A stretch of DNA of 64,000 bases from contig CAVUSO010000001.1 of NCBI GenBank assembly GCA_963744145.1, positions 3,840,001-3,904,000 of the forward strand, read 5' to 3'. Below, piece by piece: positions 31,319 through 40,673 of this stretch. The stretch comes from an uncultured cyanobacterium. GTDB lineage: Bacteria; Cyanobacteriota; Cyanobacteriia; Cyanobacteriales; CAWUOF01. Under the pieces are notes generated by a model. The model saw only the letters and a program-made list of their open reading frames with translations, did not search any database and had not been told where the DNA came from. A program made the position numbers and the translations under genes. Position 1 is the stretch's first letter; each line of letters opens with the position of its first letter.

Positions 31319-32284
31319 TTAAATTGACAAAAGTTCAAGAGAACGCAAAAATTGGCAAATCTGCCTCGCCACATCGATCGCAACCGCCCGCTGTGCCTCG
31401 CGTGTACCCGAACCCAAATGCGGACTCAAATGCAACTTATTACTCCTCCTAGCAAACTCTATCAAAGGTGAATCCTTTGGTAAAGGTTCATTAACAAAAA
31501 CATCCAAAGCAGCACCCGCAATTCGATTAGATTCCAACGCCTTCAACAAATCTGCCTCATTCACAATTCCACCGCGAGCACAATTGATAATAAAAGCAGT
31601 TGGTTTCATCGTATCTATAGCTGCTGCATTAATTAAATTCCTCGTTTCCTCTGTCAAAGGAATGTGTAAAGTAATAATATCAGATTTTTTCAGCAGTTCA
31701 TCTAAACTCGATAAAGTATAACCCCTTTCGCTAGCTAAATTCGCTACCTTTTCAGGATTACGATTGTAAGCGATAATCTCCATTCCAAACGCTTGCGCTC
31801 TTTCTGCCACCTTTTGACCGATATTGCCTAACCCAATAATTCCCAGGGTTTTTCCATAAAGTTCTGTTCCCCATGAACTGCGAGGACCATTCCAGTTTCC
31901 ATTTAATAGTTCTTCTTGTGGCGCGATAATAGGTCGAGCTAAATCTAACATCAGACAGAAAACTAATTCAGCCGTAGCAATACCATTAGCATTAGAATTA
32001 AACACCCTAATCCCTAACCGTTCGGCAGTTTCAAGATCAACATTATCTGTCCCTGTCTGCGCCAATCCTATAACTCGCAATCTTCCGCTCCTTCCCCTCT
32101 CCAACACGGTTGCATTGTTTAAATGATCTATCCCCGATCGCAAAACCACAGCATCACATTGAGGAATTTCTTCTAAAAGTTCTTCCAAGGACAAACCAAT
32201 CCTTATCTCTACTACGGCAAACTTTTCTAACTCGGTAATCCCCTCTGGGTGGATTTCGCTGATGACCAAAACTTTTTTCTGCAT
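31319..32284 (-). CDS. D-2-hydroxyacid dehydrogenase (SerA-like, no ACT domain)
   Basis: GTELYGKTLGIIGLGNIG, INCARGG, AALDVFVNEP, SPHLGSGTREAQ. Confidence 0.88.
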   Translation of the reverse strand: MQKKVLVISEIHPEGITELEKFAVVEIRIGLSLEELLEEIPQCDAVVLRSGIDHLNNATVLERGRSGRLRVIGLAQTGTDNVDLETAERLGIRVFNSNANGIATAELVFCLMLDLARPIIAPQEELLNGNWNGPRSSWGTELYGKTLGIIGLGNIGQKVAERAQAFGMEIIAYNRNPEKVANLASERGYTLSSLDELLKKSDIITLHIPLTEETRNLINAAAIDTMKPTAFIINCARGGIVNEADLLKALESNRIAGAALDVFVNEPLPKDSPLIEFARRSNKLHLSPHLGSGTREAQRAVAIDVARQICQFLRSLELLSI

Positions 32285-32434
32285 AACCTGATTAAAAATT
32301 CTGAGAATAGGTAAAGACACTAAACACTATTAGATAAAACTCGCTTAAGAGGCTGGGACTGATTATAGCATTAATTGCTTCCAAGATGATTTTGAAACTG
32401 AAGTAATGCGTTTTGAGATGTTTTGACAATGCCT

Positions 32435-32710
32435 CTAATTTTCATGACACTGTTTTTCTTTTAATTTTGGTTTTGGTTGGATAACAGATTGGTTGCTATT
32501 GGATGGGGAAAGGTCGATTTTACGTTCTGTCGGTTGAGTTAGTTTTGCCATAAATACAGCAATAGCAACGATAATAAAGATGGCAAATAATCCTAGCTGA
32601 GGTTGAGAGAAATCTTTTCTAAAATCGCAGGACAAACATTGATAAACATCTTGGCTGTGTTGGACTAGGCTTTTTTTACCAAAATTGGGACATTCTGATG
32701 ATTTTGACAT
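32435..32710 (-). CDS. Small membrane protein with degenerate Zn-ribbon (CPNF...CLSC)
   Basis: Zn-ribbon-like N-terminus and one TM segment. Confidence 0.5.
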   Translation of the reverse strand: MSKSSECPNFGKKSLVQHSQDVYQCLSCDFRKDFSQPQLGLFAIFIIVAIAVFMAKLTQPTERKIDLSPSNSNQSVIQPKPKLKEKQCHEN

Positions 32711-33062
32711 AAGTTGATATTTTCCTAATTTGCTGTTGAGGTTTTTTGTACTAAACACTAATTACTTTTTTTGAGGCGGTAGATAATTAGGGTTTTAAGA
32801 AGGTTTTGACTGCCATTAGGTACAAGAACTCGAAAAAAAATATCCAAAAACTTGGTATTTTTTAATTAACTTCTGCCTACCATTTACTACCTACCACCTT
32901 CCTTCTATGAAAAGGGATTTTTCGTTTGATTTTTCTGTGAGCGATTAATCCTAGTTTTTTAAGTTAAAAACCAGAAAAGTAGATAGATACAGAATTTCAA
33001 ACTCTTACCCTGTGAGAGTTTGTGTTTGCGCGTGAGTTGAATTCATACCTTGACTCAAACTC

Positions 33063-33266
33063 CTAATCCCGTTCAAAAGACAAGGGTTCATGGTGTGTTC
33101 GATTGTAGTCTGCTAAACAGTGATAGATTTCGATAAACATAGACTGAAAATCATTAAGCTCGTCATCTTCCATACGGTTCCCCTGGAGTTCAAGTTTTTG
33201 TCTAATGATTTGAGCCTCTAAGATAATAGAATAAACGATGTAGGCTGCTTTTGTTTTGCTTAACAT
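33063..33266 (-). CDS. Small hypothetical protein
   Basis: ATG preceded by an AAGGGAG ribosome-binding-like sequence; divergent from the ankyrin gene. Confidence 0.55.
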   Translation of the reverse strand: MLSKTKAAYIVYSIILEAQIIRQKLELQGNRMEDDELNDFQSMFIEIYHCLADYNRTHHEPLSFERD

Positions 33267-33462
33267 TGAAATCTCCCTTTAAGTTAAGAATTTAAAACTG
33301 AACCACATTTGATAAGAAAATGATAACGCATTAGATTTGGTTTGAATTGCTCATTTTTTATTCAGTTTACTGAAAATTCAGTTTACTGAATTTTTTTAAC
33401 GAATATTTAGAAAACTGAAAATGATCTTCTTGAGTAATGCGATGCTATAATAAGGAACGTAA

Positions 33463-34899
33463 ATGCTTGTATGGAAGGAAATTATTATGTCTTGGGTCGA
33501 AAAATTTAATGAGTCGCATATTAAAGCCTTTTATATAACCTTGAAAGGTATGCCCAAAATAGTATTGAATGAGTGGAGCCAAGCAAGAAATATGGATGAC
33601 TTGAGGGAACGGGTATCAGAAAAGGTAAAGAAAAATATGAAAGAGGAAACTATCAACCAGCACAAGACAACAATTAAAGAAAAACTCAATGATTACATTA
33701 AAAAATATTTGCTGACCGAAGAAGAAAGGTCAGAAGTAGAACAAGTAAAAAGTGAAGTTAGAAAAAACAGAAGAAGAACAAATTTAATCCTGAACACACC
33801 AACAGAGCTACTTGGGTTTATTGGTAAGTATCAATCAGTGTTTAATGCTCTTAGAGAAGGAGATCCTGGTTGTCTAACTCCATCTATCACATACGAACTA
33901 CATATAATCATTAAATCTACGTTGACAATTGTAGAGAAAATTAGTTTTCTAAGCAGACTAATTGAGACAAATCCAGAGATTATTAATCAAACCGATGAGG
34001 ACGGATGCACGCCACTCTTTACTGCTGTGGCAATGAATCAACCAGAAATTGTCGATTTTTTAGTAGGACAAGAAAATATTAAAATAGATATATCTAATTA
34101 TTACGGATGGACACCATTTCATAAAGCGGCGAATATCGGTTCTCTAGAAATAGCTCAAATATTGGTAGAATCTGGAACGATGATAGATAGACTTACTCGA
34201 ATGAATGCAAATGCTGTTTATGAAGCGGCTTACGGTTGTGATGACATAAATGTAGTTAAATATCTTGTAGAAAAACAGGGATTAGATATCAATATATCTA
34301 CCATAGATCAATTTACACCTCTGACTACAGCTATCTGGCGACAAAATTATCAAATTGCTAAATATTTAATTGAATCAGATAGACTAACAAGCATTAATGT
34401 CAGAGATATTAGAGATGAGAATGCTCTTTATAAAGCTATTTCACAAGGATGTTTTGATTTGGCTCAAATTCTTCACGAAAAAGGTGCAGAGTTCCATCGT
34501 CCTAGACTTTTATCATCCCGATCTATCACTAATGTAAATCCTCAAAAAACTTCATTTTTTGAAGCTGTGGAAAGAGATGATTTTAGGACAGCCAAGCAAC
34601 TTATTGAAGGAGAAACTGATCAAAACAAAAAAGAGCAAATGGTTAATCAAGTGAAACACCCTTATCAGCGAACATTATTATCTATTGCCGCCCAAAATGG
34701 CAATCAAGACTTGGTTAAACTTTTAGTTGAAAACGGAGCAAATGTATTCGCTAGAAATAATCATGGCAGAACACCTAAAGAGATGGTATTAATCCCAAAT
34801 AATGAAGAAGTTTACAGGTATTTAGACGAACAAGAACAGATCGTGAACCCCAATCCCAGTGAAGATGAACTTCGCCATCGCTATGGTGAGGCAACATAA
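33463..34899 (+). CDS. Ankyrin-repeat protein with putative N-terminal HTH-like domain
   Basis: GCTPLFTAV, GWTPFHKAA, FTPLTTAI, RTLLSIAAQNG, GANVFARNNHGRTP. Confidence 0.88.
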   Translation: MLVWKEIIMSWVEKFNESHIKAFYITLKGMPKIVLNEWSQARNMDDLRERVSEKVKKNMKEETINQHKTTIKEKLNDYIKKYLLTEEERSEVEQVKSEVRKNRRRTNLILNTPTELLGFIGKYQSVFNALREGDPGCLTPSITYELHIIIKSTLTIVEKISFLSRLIETNPEIINQTDEDGCTPLFTAVAMNQPEIVDFLVGQENIKIDISNYYGWTPFHKAANIGSLEIAQILVESGTMIDRLTRMNANAVYEAAYGCDDINVVKYLVEKQGLDINISTIDQFTPLTTAIWRQNYQIAKYLIESDRLTSINVRDIRDENALYKAISQGCFDLAQILHEKGAEFHRPRLLSSRSITNVNPQKTSFFEAVERDDFRTAKQLIEGETDQNKKEQMVNQVKHPYQRTLLSIAAQNGNQDLVKLLVENGANVFARNNHGRTPKEMVLIPNNEEVYRYLDEQEQIVNPNPSEDELRHRYGEAT

Positions 34900-35287
34900 T
34901 ATTTAAAGCTGATAAGTACCTGAAATAAAAATAAACGGTGCTATGTGACGAAATGTTAAGCGCCGGACACTCTTGATATTGCTTTACTTTGATGGTAATG
35001 ACATAGTGCAGTTTATGTCTGTCTGACTACTTAGCTCTCTTTTATAATTTTGGATGGAAACATTGATTTTTTTCAGGGCTGCAACAAATAACAAAAGAGA
35101 GTTTTATCTTTTTTATAAAACTGAAAAATTTTACTGCATATTTTTCAATTTTATAAACTTTTATTATTTTCAACAATTTTCGAGATAACTTTCAGCGAAA
35201 TGGATTTTTCCAAAAGCAAAAAATATGCTATAAAGGTATTGGGAAATATTTTTTGTACGCAATCAGTCATAATTTATTGGACTAAAT

Positions 35288-37126
35288 ATGAACAATTATA
35301 TGGTAAAGATTAACCGTAAGTCGGAGAGTTACAAAAAGGAAATTATTGTTTCAGGTGCACAAATAATTTTGAATATTTTGGGGCAAAAAGGTATTAAGCA
35401 TATTTTTGGCGTTCCGGGTAGAGAGTCAGAAGGAATTTTATTTAACGAATATCAAGATATCAACCTAGTTTTAACAGCTGTCGAAAATACTGCTGGATTT
35501 GCGGCTTATGCTTACACTCAAGTTACAGGGAAAACTCAGGTAGTATTTACTACTATTGGACCTGGTGTAGCAAATATGGCTAATGTCATCTACTCAACTT
35601 GTAGCGATCGTATTCCTGTGATCTTTATTTGTGTACAGGTAGAAACAGATAGAATTTTCCATAACCATACACATCAGTGTATAGACGCTGTAGCAATGTA
35701 TCGTCCTATTACTAAGTATGCTCATGAAATCGCAAATGTTGAGGAGATAAAAAATTGTTTGGAAACTGCTTTTGAGAAAACGCAAGAAGAACCTAAAGGA
35801 CCTGCACTCATTAGTGTTCCTATTGATATGCTCAAAGCTAAAATAGACCTTTTAAAAGCGCAGAAAAAAGTAGTATTAATAAGACCAATTCAAGGCAATA
35901 ATCGCCCGTCATCTATGCCAAATATGGATATAAAAAAAATTCAAAATGTAAAAGGTATTCCAGAATACATCCAAAGCTCTAATTACACTGCTCAAAAATT
36001 AATTGATATCAACAAAGCAGCCAAACTAATATCTAGTTGTCAACAACCTTTGTTATATGTAGCCAATGAAATAATTCGCTCAAATTCTGTCGATGAAGTA
36101 CAAGAGCTTTGTAATGAGTATAATATTCCGGCAATATTTGCATACGATACTAAGGGAGTTTTACCGAGTAATCACGAACTTAATTACTTTACTTGTAGTA
36201 GCTACGCTGAAGGAATATTAGGACTTAATCCTAATAGATATATTTTTCCAAAAGAAGTAGATTGTATAGTATCACTTGGTTATGATTACAAAGATGATGT
36301 ATTTCCCGAAAAGCATTTTAGATATGGAGAAGGGGGAAACCATAGATTACTAATTAATTTATCTGGTTTTATGCCCGATAAAATTGTTACAGAATTTGAC
36401 TTTCATATCAATGGAAATATAAACACTAACTTAAGGGAGCTTTTGAAATGTTTAAAGCAAAAACCAGCTAAGTTTAATCCTCCTTATAATATTAGCCCAT
36501 TGAGAGAGGCTATGAGCCAGAAGATAAAATCTACTAATTTAGAGACACCACCAGGAAAAATCAATATTGTTGAGGTAATCAAAAGCATTAATAAGCATTC
36601 AGCCGTTTTGGTTTCTGATGTTGGTACTTTCAGACATTACGCTGTGTTATTCAGCGAGATTTTAAAACCAAATTACTTCCTAACATCTGCTGGTAGTTCA
36701 TCTTTTGGTACAGGATTACCTTTCGGATTCGGGGCGGCTCTTGCTCATAAAAATGAGAAGATTATTGTCTTGGCTGGGGATGGTGGATTTAATTCTAGCA
36801 TAGGAGATTTAAGAACACTGAAAAAGTATAATACGGATATAGTGATTATTGTTCTGAATAACAATAAGAATGGTTTAATCAATATCTACCAGCAAAAGGG
36901 GCACAATGGTAAAATTAATAAAGATGCAGTAGATCACTCTAATGCCGATTTTGTAGCAATTGCAAAAGGATATGGATGTGAAGGTGCAAGAGTTTGTTGT
37001 TCCTATGAACTCGATTGTGCTATTAAAGATGCTTTTGATAAGGGTGGACCTTGGGTGATTGAAGTCCCTATTTATTACCCTGAAGAAGATATTAAAAGAT
37101 TAACCTGTAGCCAGAATTTAGGTTGA
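35288..37126 (+). CDS. ceaS: ThDP-dependent enzyme, N2-(2-carboxyethyl)arginine synthase (CeaS)-like
   Basis: GDGG..NN ThDP motif plus motifs I recall from Streptomyces CeaS: FGVPGRE..ILF.E, THQCID, HELNY, GYDY, FRHY.VLF, FLTSAG.SSFG, NGLI..YQ..GH. Confidence 0.8.
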   Translation: MNNYMVKINRKSESYKKEIIVSGAQIILNILGQKGIKHIFGVPGRESEGILFNEYQDINLVLTAVENTAGFAAYAYTQVTGKTQVVFTTIGPGVANMANVIYSTCSDRIPVIFICVQVETDRIFHNHTHQCIDAVAMYRPITKYAHEIANVEEIKNCLETAFEKTQEEPKGPALISVPIDMLKAKIDLLKAQKKVVLIRPIQGNNRPSSMPNMDIKKIQNVKGIPEYIQSSNYTAQKLIDINKAAKLISSCQQPLLYVANEIIRSNSVDEVQELCNEYNIPAIFAYDTKGVLPSNHELNYFTCSSYAEGILGLNPNRYIFPKEVDCIVSLGYDYKDDVFPEKHFRYGEGGNHRLLINLSGFMPDKIVTEFDFHINGNINTNLRELLKCLKQKPAKFNPPYNISPLREAMSQKIKSTNLETPPGKINIVEVIKSINKHSAVLVSDVGTFRHYAVLFSEILKPNYFLTSAGSSSFGTGLPFGFGAALAHKNEKIIVLAGDGGFNSSIGDLRTLKKYNTDIVIIVLNNNKNGLINIYQQKGHNGKINKDAVDHSNADFVAIAKGYGCEGARVCCSYELDCAIKDAFDKGGPWVIEVPIYYPEEDIKRLTCSQNLG

Positions 37127-37195
37127 TAGGTTAATCTAATATGAGATTGATCCGGATCTCGATACTGTTGGCGAAATATTTCTTAACACTAGGAC

Positions 37196-37414
37196 TAATA
37201 CCAATTCTCTAAATGCCGACTACAGATAGGGCCTCTAATATATAGGCTCGTCCCGTCTTTTCCTGAACCAGTTTTTTCCACTACGAGCAATTTCTTCAGC
37301 TCGGCATCACTTTCCTTGATGTCTAGGTGATAAACTCCTGCCATATTTTTCCTTCAACTCTACTCAAATTATACTCTACACTATCTGTAGTCGGAATTAC
37401 AAGAATTGGGATAA
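37196..37414 (-). mobile_element. Internally deleted IS630-family element with both terminal inverted repeats
   Basis: 34-bp imperfect IRs sharing CCAATTCT and CCGACTACAGATAG; encodes transposase N-terminus MAGVYHLDIKESDAELKKLL from 37343. Confidence 0.75.
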
Positions 37415-37514
37415 CAGCTCAACTCAGATTAAGTGCAATTTCATAGGCTATTGGGATGAACTGGATTGAGTTAGAATAAAATATCTAATATTAAATCAAA
37501 CTTAAATAAAATCT

Positions 37515-38450
37515 ATGCCAATCCAACCACCGTCTTCCACTATTTCCCCAACTGAACTACCACTACAACCACTACTACCAACCATGTATGATCTCCCTAG
37601 TGAGGACCCGGAGGAACCTGGTTTGCCCGATGAATTTCATTCGTTACAACCCCCATTACTGAGTCATACAATTCGTTTACAGGATTATCCCAAAGAGCGA
37701 ATTTTTACCGGCTCTGATTTAAACATCTATTACGATGTCAATCACACTCTTTGGCACAAACGTCCCGACTGGTTTCTGGTAATTGATGTACCCAGACTCT
37801 ATGAAGGTAGAGATTTACGTGATAGTTATGTAATCTGGCAAGAAAAAGTCAATCCGGTAGTGGTGATTGAATTACTATCTCCTGGAACGGAAAAAGAAGA
37901 CCTAGGAGAAAGAGCAGAAAGGGAGGAAGAAGAGGGTGAAAATGGTCAAGAAATACGGAGAGAAAATCTACCCCAAAAAGCTGAAATTCCACCGACCAAG
38001 TGGGAAGTTTATGAACAGATTTTACAAATACCTTATTATCTAGTATATAGTCGTCGTCGCGATCGGCTACGTCTATTTAAGTTAGAGAAAGGTAGATATC
38101 AAGAACAAGCATTAAACCCAACACAACAAGGATTTTGGCTGACAGATTTAAAAATTGGGATCGGGATCTGGTTAGGGGAATATGAAGGAATAAATCGACC
38201 CTGGTTACGCTGGTATGATGAAACTGGGAATTGGTTACCGACAGCAACAGAATTAGCCCATCAAGCTGAAATTCGGATTGAACAAATTAGCATCGAAGTG
38301 AACCAAGCTAAAATTGAAATTGAACGAGCTCACTCTGAGGTTAAACAAGAACGACAAAAACGGCAAGAATTATTACAAAAATTAAGTACCCTATCTCCTG
38401 AACAGCTCATTGCTTTAGGAATTAATCTAGGAGATTTTCACGACCAATAA
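37515..38450 (+). CDS. Uma2-family endonuclease (DUF820)
   Basis: LPTMYDLPSEDPEEPGLPDEFH, RPDWF, VIELLSPGT. Confidence 0.92.
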   Translation: MPIQPPSSTISPTELPLQPLLPTMYDLPSEDPEEPGLPDEFHSLQPPLLSHTIRLQDYPKERIFTGSDLNIYYDVNHTLWHKRPDWFLVIDVPRLYEGRDLRDSYVIWQEKVNPVVVIELLSPGTEKEDLGERAEREEEEGENGQEIRRENLPQKAEIPPTKWEVYEQILQIPYYLVYSRRRDRLRLFKLEKGRYQEQALNPTQQGFWLTDLKIGIGIWLGEYEGINRPWLRWYDETGNWLPTATELAHQAEIRIEQISIEVNQAKIEIERAHSEVKQERQKRQELLQKLSTLSPEQLIALGINLGDFHDQ

Positions 38451-38586
38451 ATTGTAAATTATTTTCACGCCGATCGTCAAACCTACTCAGCAAGAAAACA
38501 AATCTTTAGCTGAAGCTTAAAGTTGCGTCTTGTTCGGGTTGATCTATAATTTTGTAGAGACGATGCCCGCGCACTTTTCTACAAAA

Positions 38587-38934
38587 TTAAATCTGGCTCA
38601 TAACTTCAGACTTTAACTGAGATGGAGATAAATCTTTCTCATTAATAAATTCATTAAATAGTTCAAAAAATCTATCCAGTGCATCTCTTTCATCTTCGGA
38701 ATAAAATAGAATTATTCGACTCCAATGTTGAGTAGAAGATTGATTAAATTTGCTTTCAATCCACTCCTGAAACTGCTCAAATTCTTGTTCTTCTTGACTA
38801 ACAGGAATATTAACTTGACGTAAAGCAAAAGTATAACCATCTAAAAAGGTCTGAAATTGACTAAGAGCAGCTTTCCCTAAATATAAAGCTGGTCTTTGTT
38901 TAATTTTATCAATCAATTCGTAAAAGCTAATCAT
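38587..38934 (-). CDS. Hypothetical protein (possible orphan immunity protein)
   Basis: IKQRPALYLG...FQEWI...WSRIILF...ALDRFFELF family pattern. Confidence 0.65.
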   Translation of the reverse strand: MISFYELIDKIKQRPALYLGKAALSQFQTFLDGYTFALRQVNIPVSQEEQEFEQFQEWIESKFNQSSTQHWSRIILFYSEDERDALDRFFELFNEFINEKDLSPSQLKSEVMSQI

Positions 38935-38952
38935 AATTTTACCTCAATTGTT

Positions 38953-39161
38953 AGAACATGGGAGTGCCTAGTTTTTCTAATTGAGAGCGAATTGTTCCAA
39001 ATGCCATTGTTGCCGAATCATTAAAGGGCAAAGATATAAATTGAGATAGAGTATAGGTTGTTATTAGCTGTAGTCAGACTTTGAGCAAGCACTTGGATAA
39101 TATGCAGCTTTTGGGTGAGTGAAAGCTGCATGAGATGTACGTCAAGCTCTTGGATTAGCAT
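38953..39161 (-). pseudogene. Fused remnants of a VapB-like antitoxin and a VapC PIN toxin
   Basis: MLIQELDVHLMQLSLTQKLHIIQVLAQSL followed in another frame by LPFNDSATMAFGTIRSQLEKLGTP. Confidence 0.55.
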
Positions 39162-39162
39162 A

Positions 39163-39541
39163 TTGACACTCCCACGCCCAAAGGCAGTGGGATTCTTGAA
39201 TCAACGACCGCACTTAACCAACCCCAATTGCTTAGAATTAGCCAGAGGTGCAATCTCATCAAGCGTAGAAATTCCGCCGTGCCCCGGCGTATTTTTTACT
39301 AACAACATTTTGATTAGTTGTAGATTATCAATGGGCAATCGGATCGTTAGATCCTAAAATTACGCCGTGCGACGCTTGCCGCAATTTTCAGCGTTGCCAT
39401 CGATTGATATTAATAAGCGCGTATTTTCTTAGGAAAATACGCGCTTATTAATAGAATTTAATAATTTTTACGGCTCCTAAGCCAACAGCTGTCCGATTCA
39501 TCCCGACCCCTGAAAGGGGTGGGCTTTCTCGGTAACTACTT
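39163..39541 (-). mobile_element. Non-autonomous IS200/IS605-derived element with no tnpA or tnpB ORF
   Basis: TTAC immediately 5' of the left end; left-end hairpin CCCACCCCTTTCAGGGGTCGGG; right-end hairpin CCCACTGCCTTTGGGCGTGGG followed by AGTGTCAA terminus. Confidence 0.8.
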
Positions 39542-39567
39542 GTAAGTGCCTTACTAGCGAACGTGAC

Positions 39568-39597
39568 TGTAGGGGCGTATGGCCATACGCCCCTACA
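39568..39597. repeat. Perfect REP-like palindrome TGTAGGGGCGTATGGCCATACGCCCCTACA
   Basis: Seen directly; GTAGGGGCG arm recurs at 56392. Confidence 0.85.
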
Positions 39598-39606
39598 TGG
39601 ACATAT

Positions 39607-39897
39607 TTATTCTTCATTTAAAATTTTCGGAACTTGGAAATAATCACCGTCAGGTGCTGGTGCATTATTCAGAATCCCTGCTCGATCAGGATAAGGTTGC
39701 AGCAAATCTGGTCTAGTGATATTACTCAGATCGATCGCTCTAGTAGTGGGTTCGACATTTTCTGTATCTAATTCACTTAACTGAGTAAAATATTCCAAAA
39801 TACTACCCAGTTGGTCAGTAAATTGTTTTTCTTCTTCCGAAGTCAAATGTAACCGGGCCAGATGAGCGACTTTACGAACTTGATCAATTTCCAACAT
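39607..39897 (-). CDS. gatC: Asp/Glu-tRNA amidotransferase subunit C
   Basis: VRKVAHLARL, LDTENVEPT, YFQVPKI. Confidence 0.96.
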   Translation of the reverse strand: MLEIDQVRKVAHLARLHLTSEEEKQFTDQLGSILEYFTQLSELDTENVEPTTRAIDLSNITRPDLLQPYPDRAGILNNAPAPDGDYFQVPKILNEE

Positions 39898-39965
39898 CAG
39901 AATTTTCAGTAAAGTTGATTAATTGTTGCCAAGGATGAGGGGCTGAAAATTTTGCCCCTATCTAA

Positions 39966-40487
39966 TTAGAAAAACACATCTGCCGTTGAGCGTCCAGTAG
40001 TTTTGAGCCAATTTTGAGCTTCAATGTAATTGTTGGGTGCTAACCGGATCGCTCGCATCCAGTAATCCGCAGCTTGACCATACATCGATTCTGCTTCTTC
40101 GGCTTGCCCTTCGGCTGTGAATTTATCACCTTGAAAGTGATAGATTACAGCAATATTATTGAGAGCTTGGGGCATTCGCGGATTAAGCTCGATCGCTTGG
40201 TGATAGTATTCGAGGGCTTGAGCATGGTCACCATTACTGGTATGGATTAACCCAATATTATAAAGGATATAGCTCCGATCATTAGGATCTTCCTCTAGGG
40301 TTAAAGCTTCATAATAGTTTTCTAGGGCTTCAGCATATTCACCCTCTGCTTGAGCAGACATTCCATCTCTATAGTAGACAAAAGCTTCTTTGGCTTTTTT
40401 GTTAGCAGGCAGAATTTTGAGCAGAATATCTGCCATTACGGTAAAGCTTTTGTCAATAAAGTTATCGTTACGTTGAGTTCTTGGCAT
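39966..40487 (-). CDS. ycf3: Photosystem I assembly protein Ycf3
   Basis: [27 protein letters not shown]. Confidence 0.98.
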   Translation of the reverse strand: MPRTQRNDNFIDKSFTVMADILLKILPANKKAKEAFVYYRDGMSAQAEGEYAEALENYYEALTLEEDPNDRSYILYNIGLIHTSNGDHAQALEYYHQAIELNPRMPQALNNIAVIYHFQGDKFTAEGQAEEAESMYGQAADYWMRAIRLAPNNYIEAQNWLKTTGRSTADVFF

Positions 40488-40563
40488 AGGGAGACGCGAT
40501 AGTCGAACCGAGGGTTTAAACTGATCTACCTAACTTTACCGTCAATTGGTAAGTTTACCGCAC

Positions 40564-40581
40564 TATGTTAAGTAATGTAAC
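40564..40581 (-). promoter_or_regulatory. HLR1-like (RpaB) site GTTACATT-AC-TTAACATA
   Basis: One mismatch to the (G/T)TTACA(T/A)(T/A)-N2 direct-repeat consensus, in the ycf3/ycf46 divergent region. Confidence 0.55.
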
Positions 40582-40609
40582 AATATTGCCATCAAAGAGG
40601 TTTAGCATC

Positions 40610-40638
40610 TTGACATCCAGAAGAAAAGACTCTATGGT
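40610..40638 (+). promoter_or_regulatory. Sigma70-type promoter TTGACA-N17-TATGGT
   Basis: Perfect -35 with 17-bp spacing, about 35 bp upstream of 40674. Confidence 0.6.
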
Positions 40639-40673
40639 AAAAGTCATACCCGGGTAAGCCAATTCAGAGTCAT

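Noticed and set aside
39115..39357. 80-aa ORF on the + strand
   Set aside because: Antisense reading of the IS605 right end
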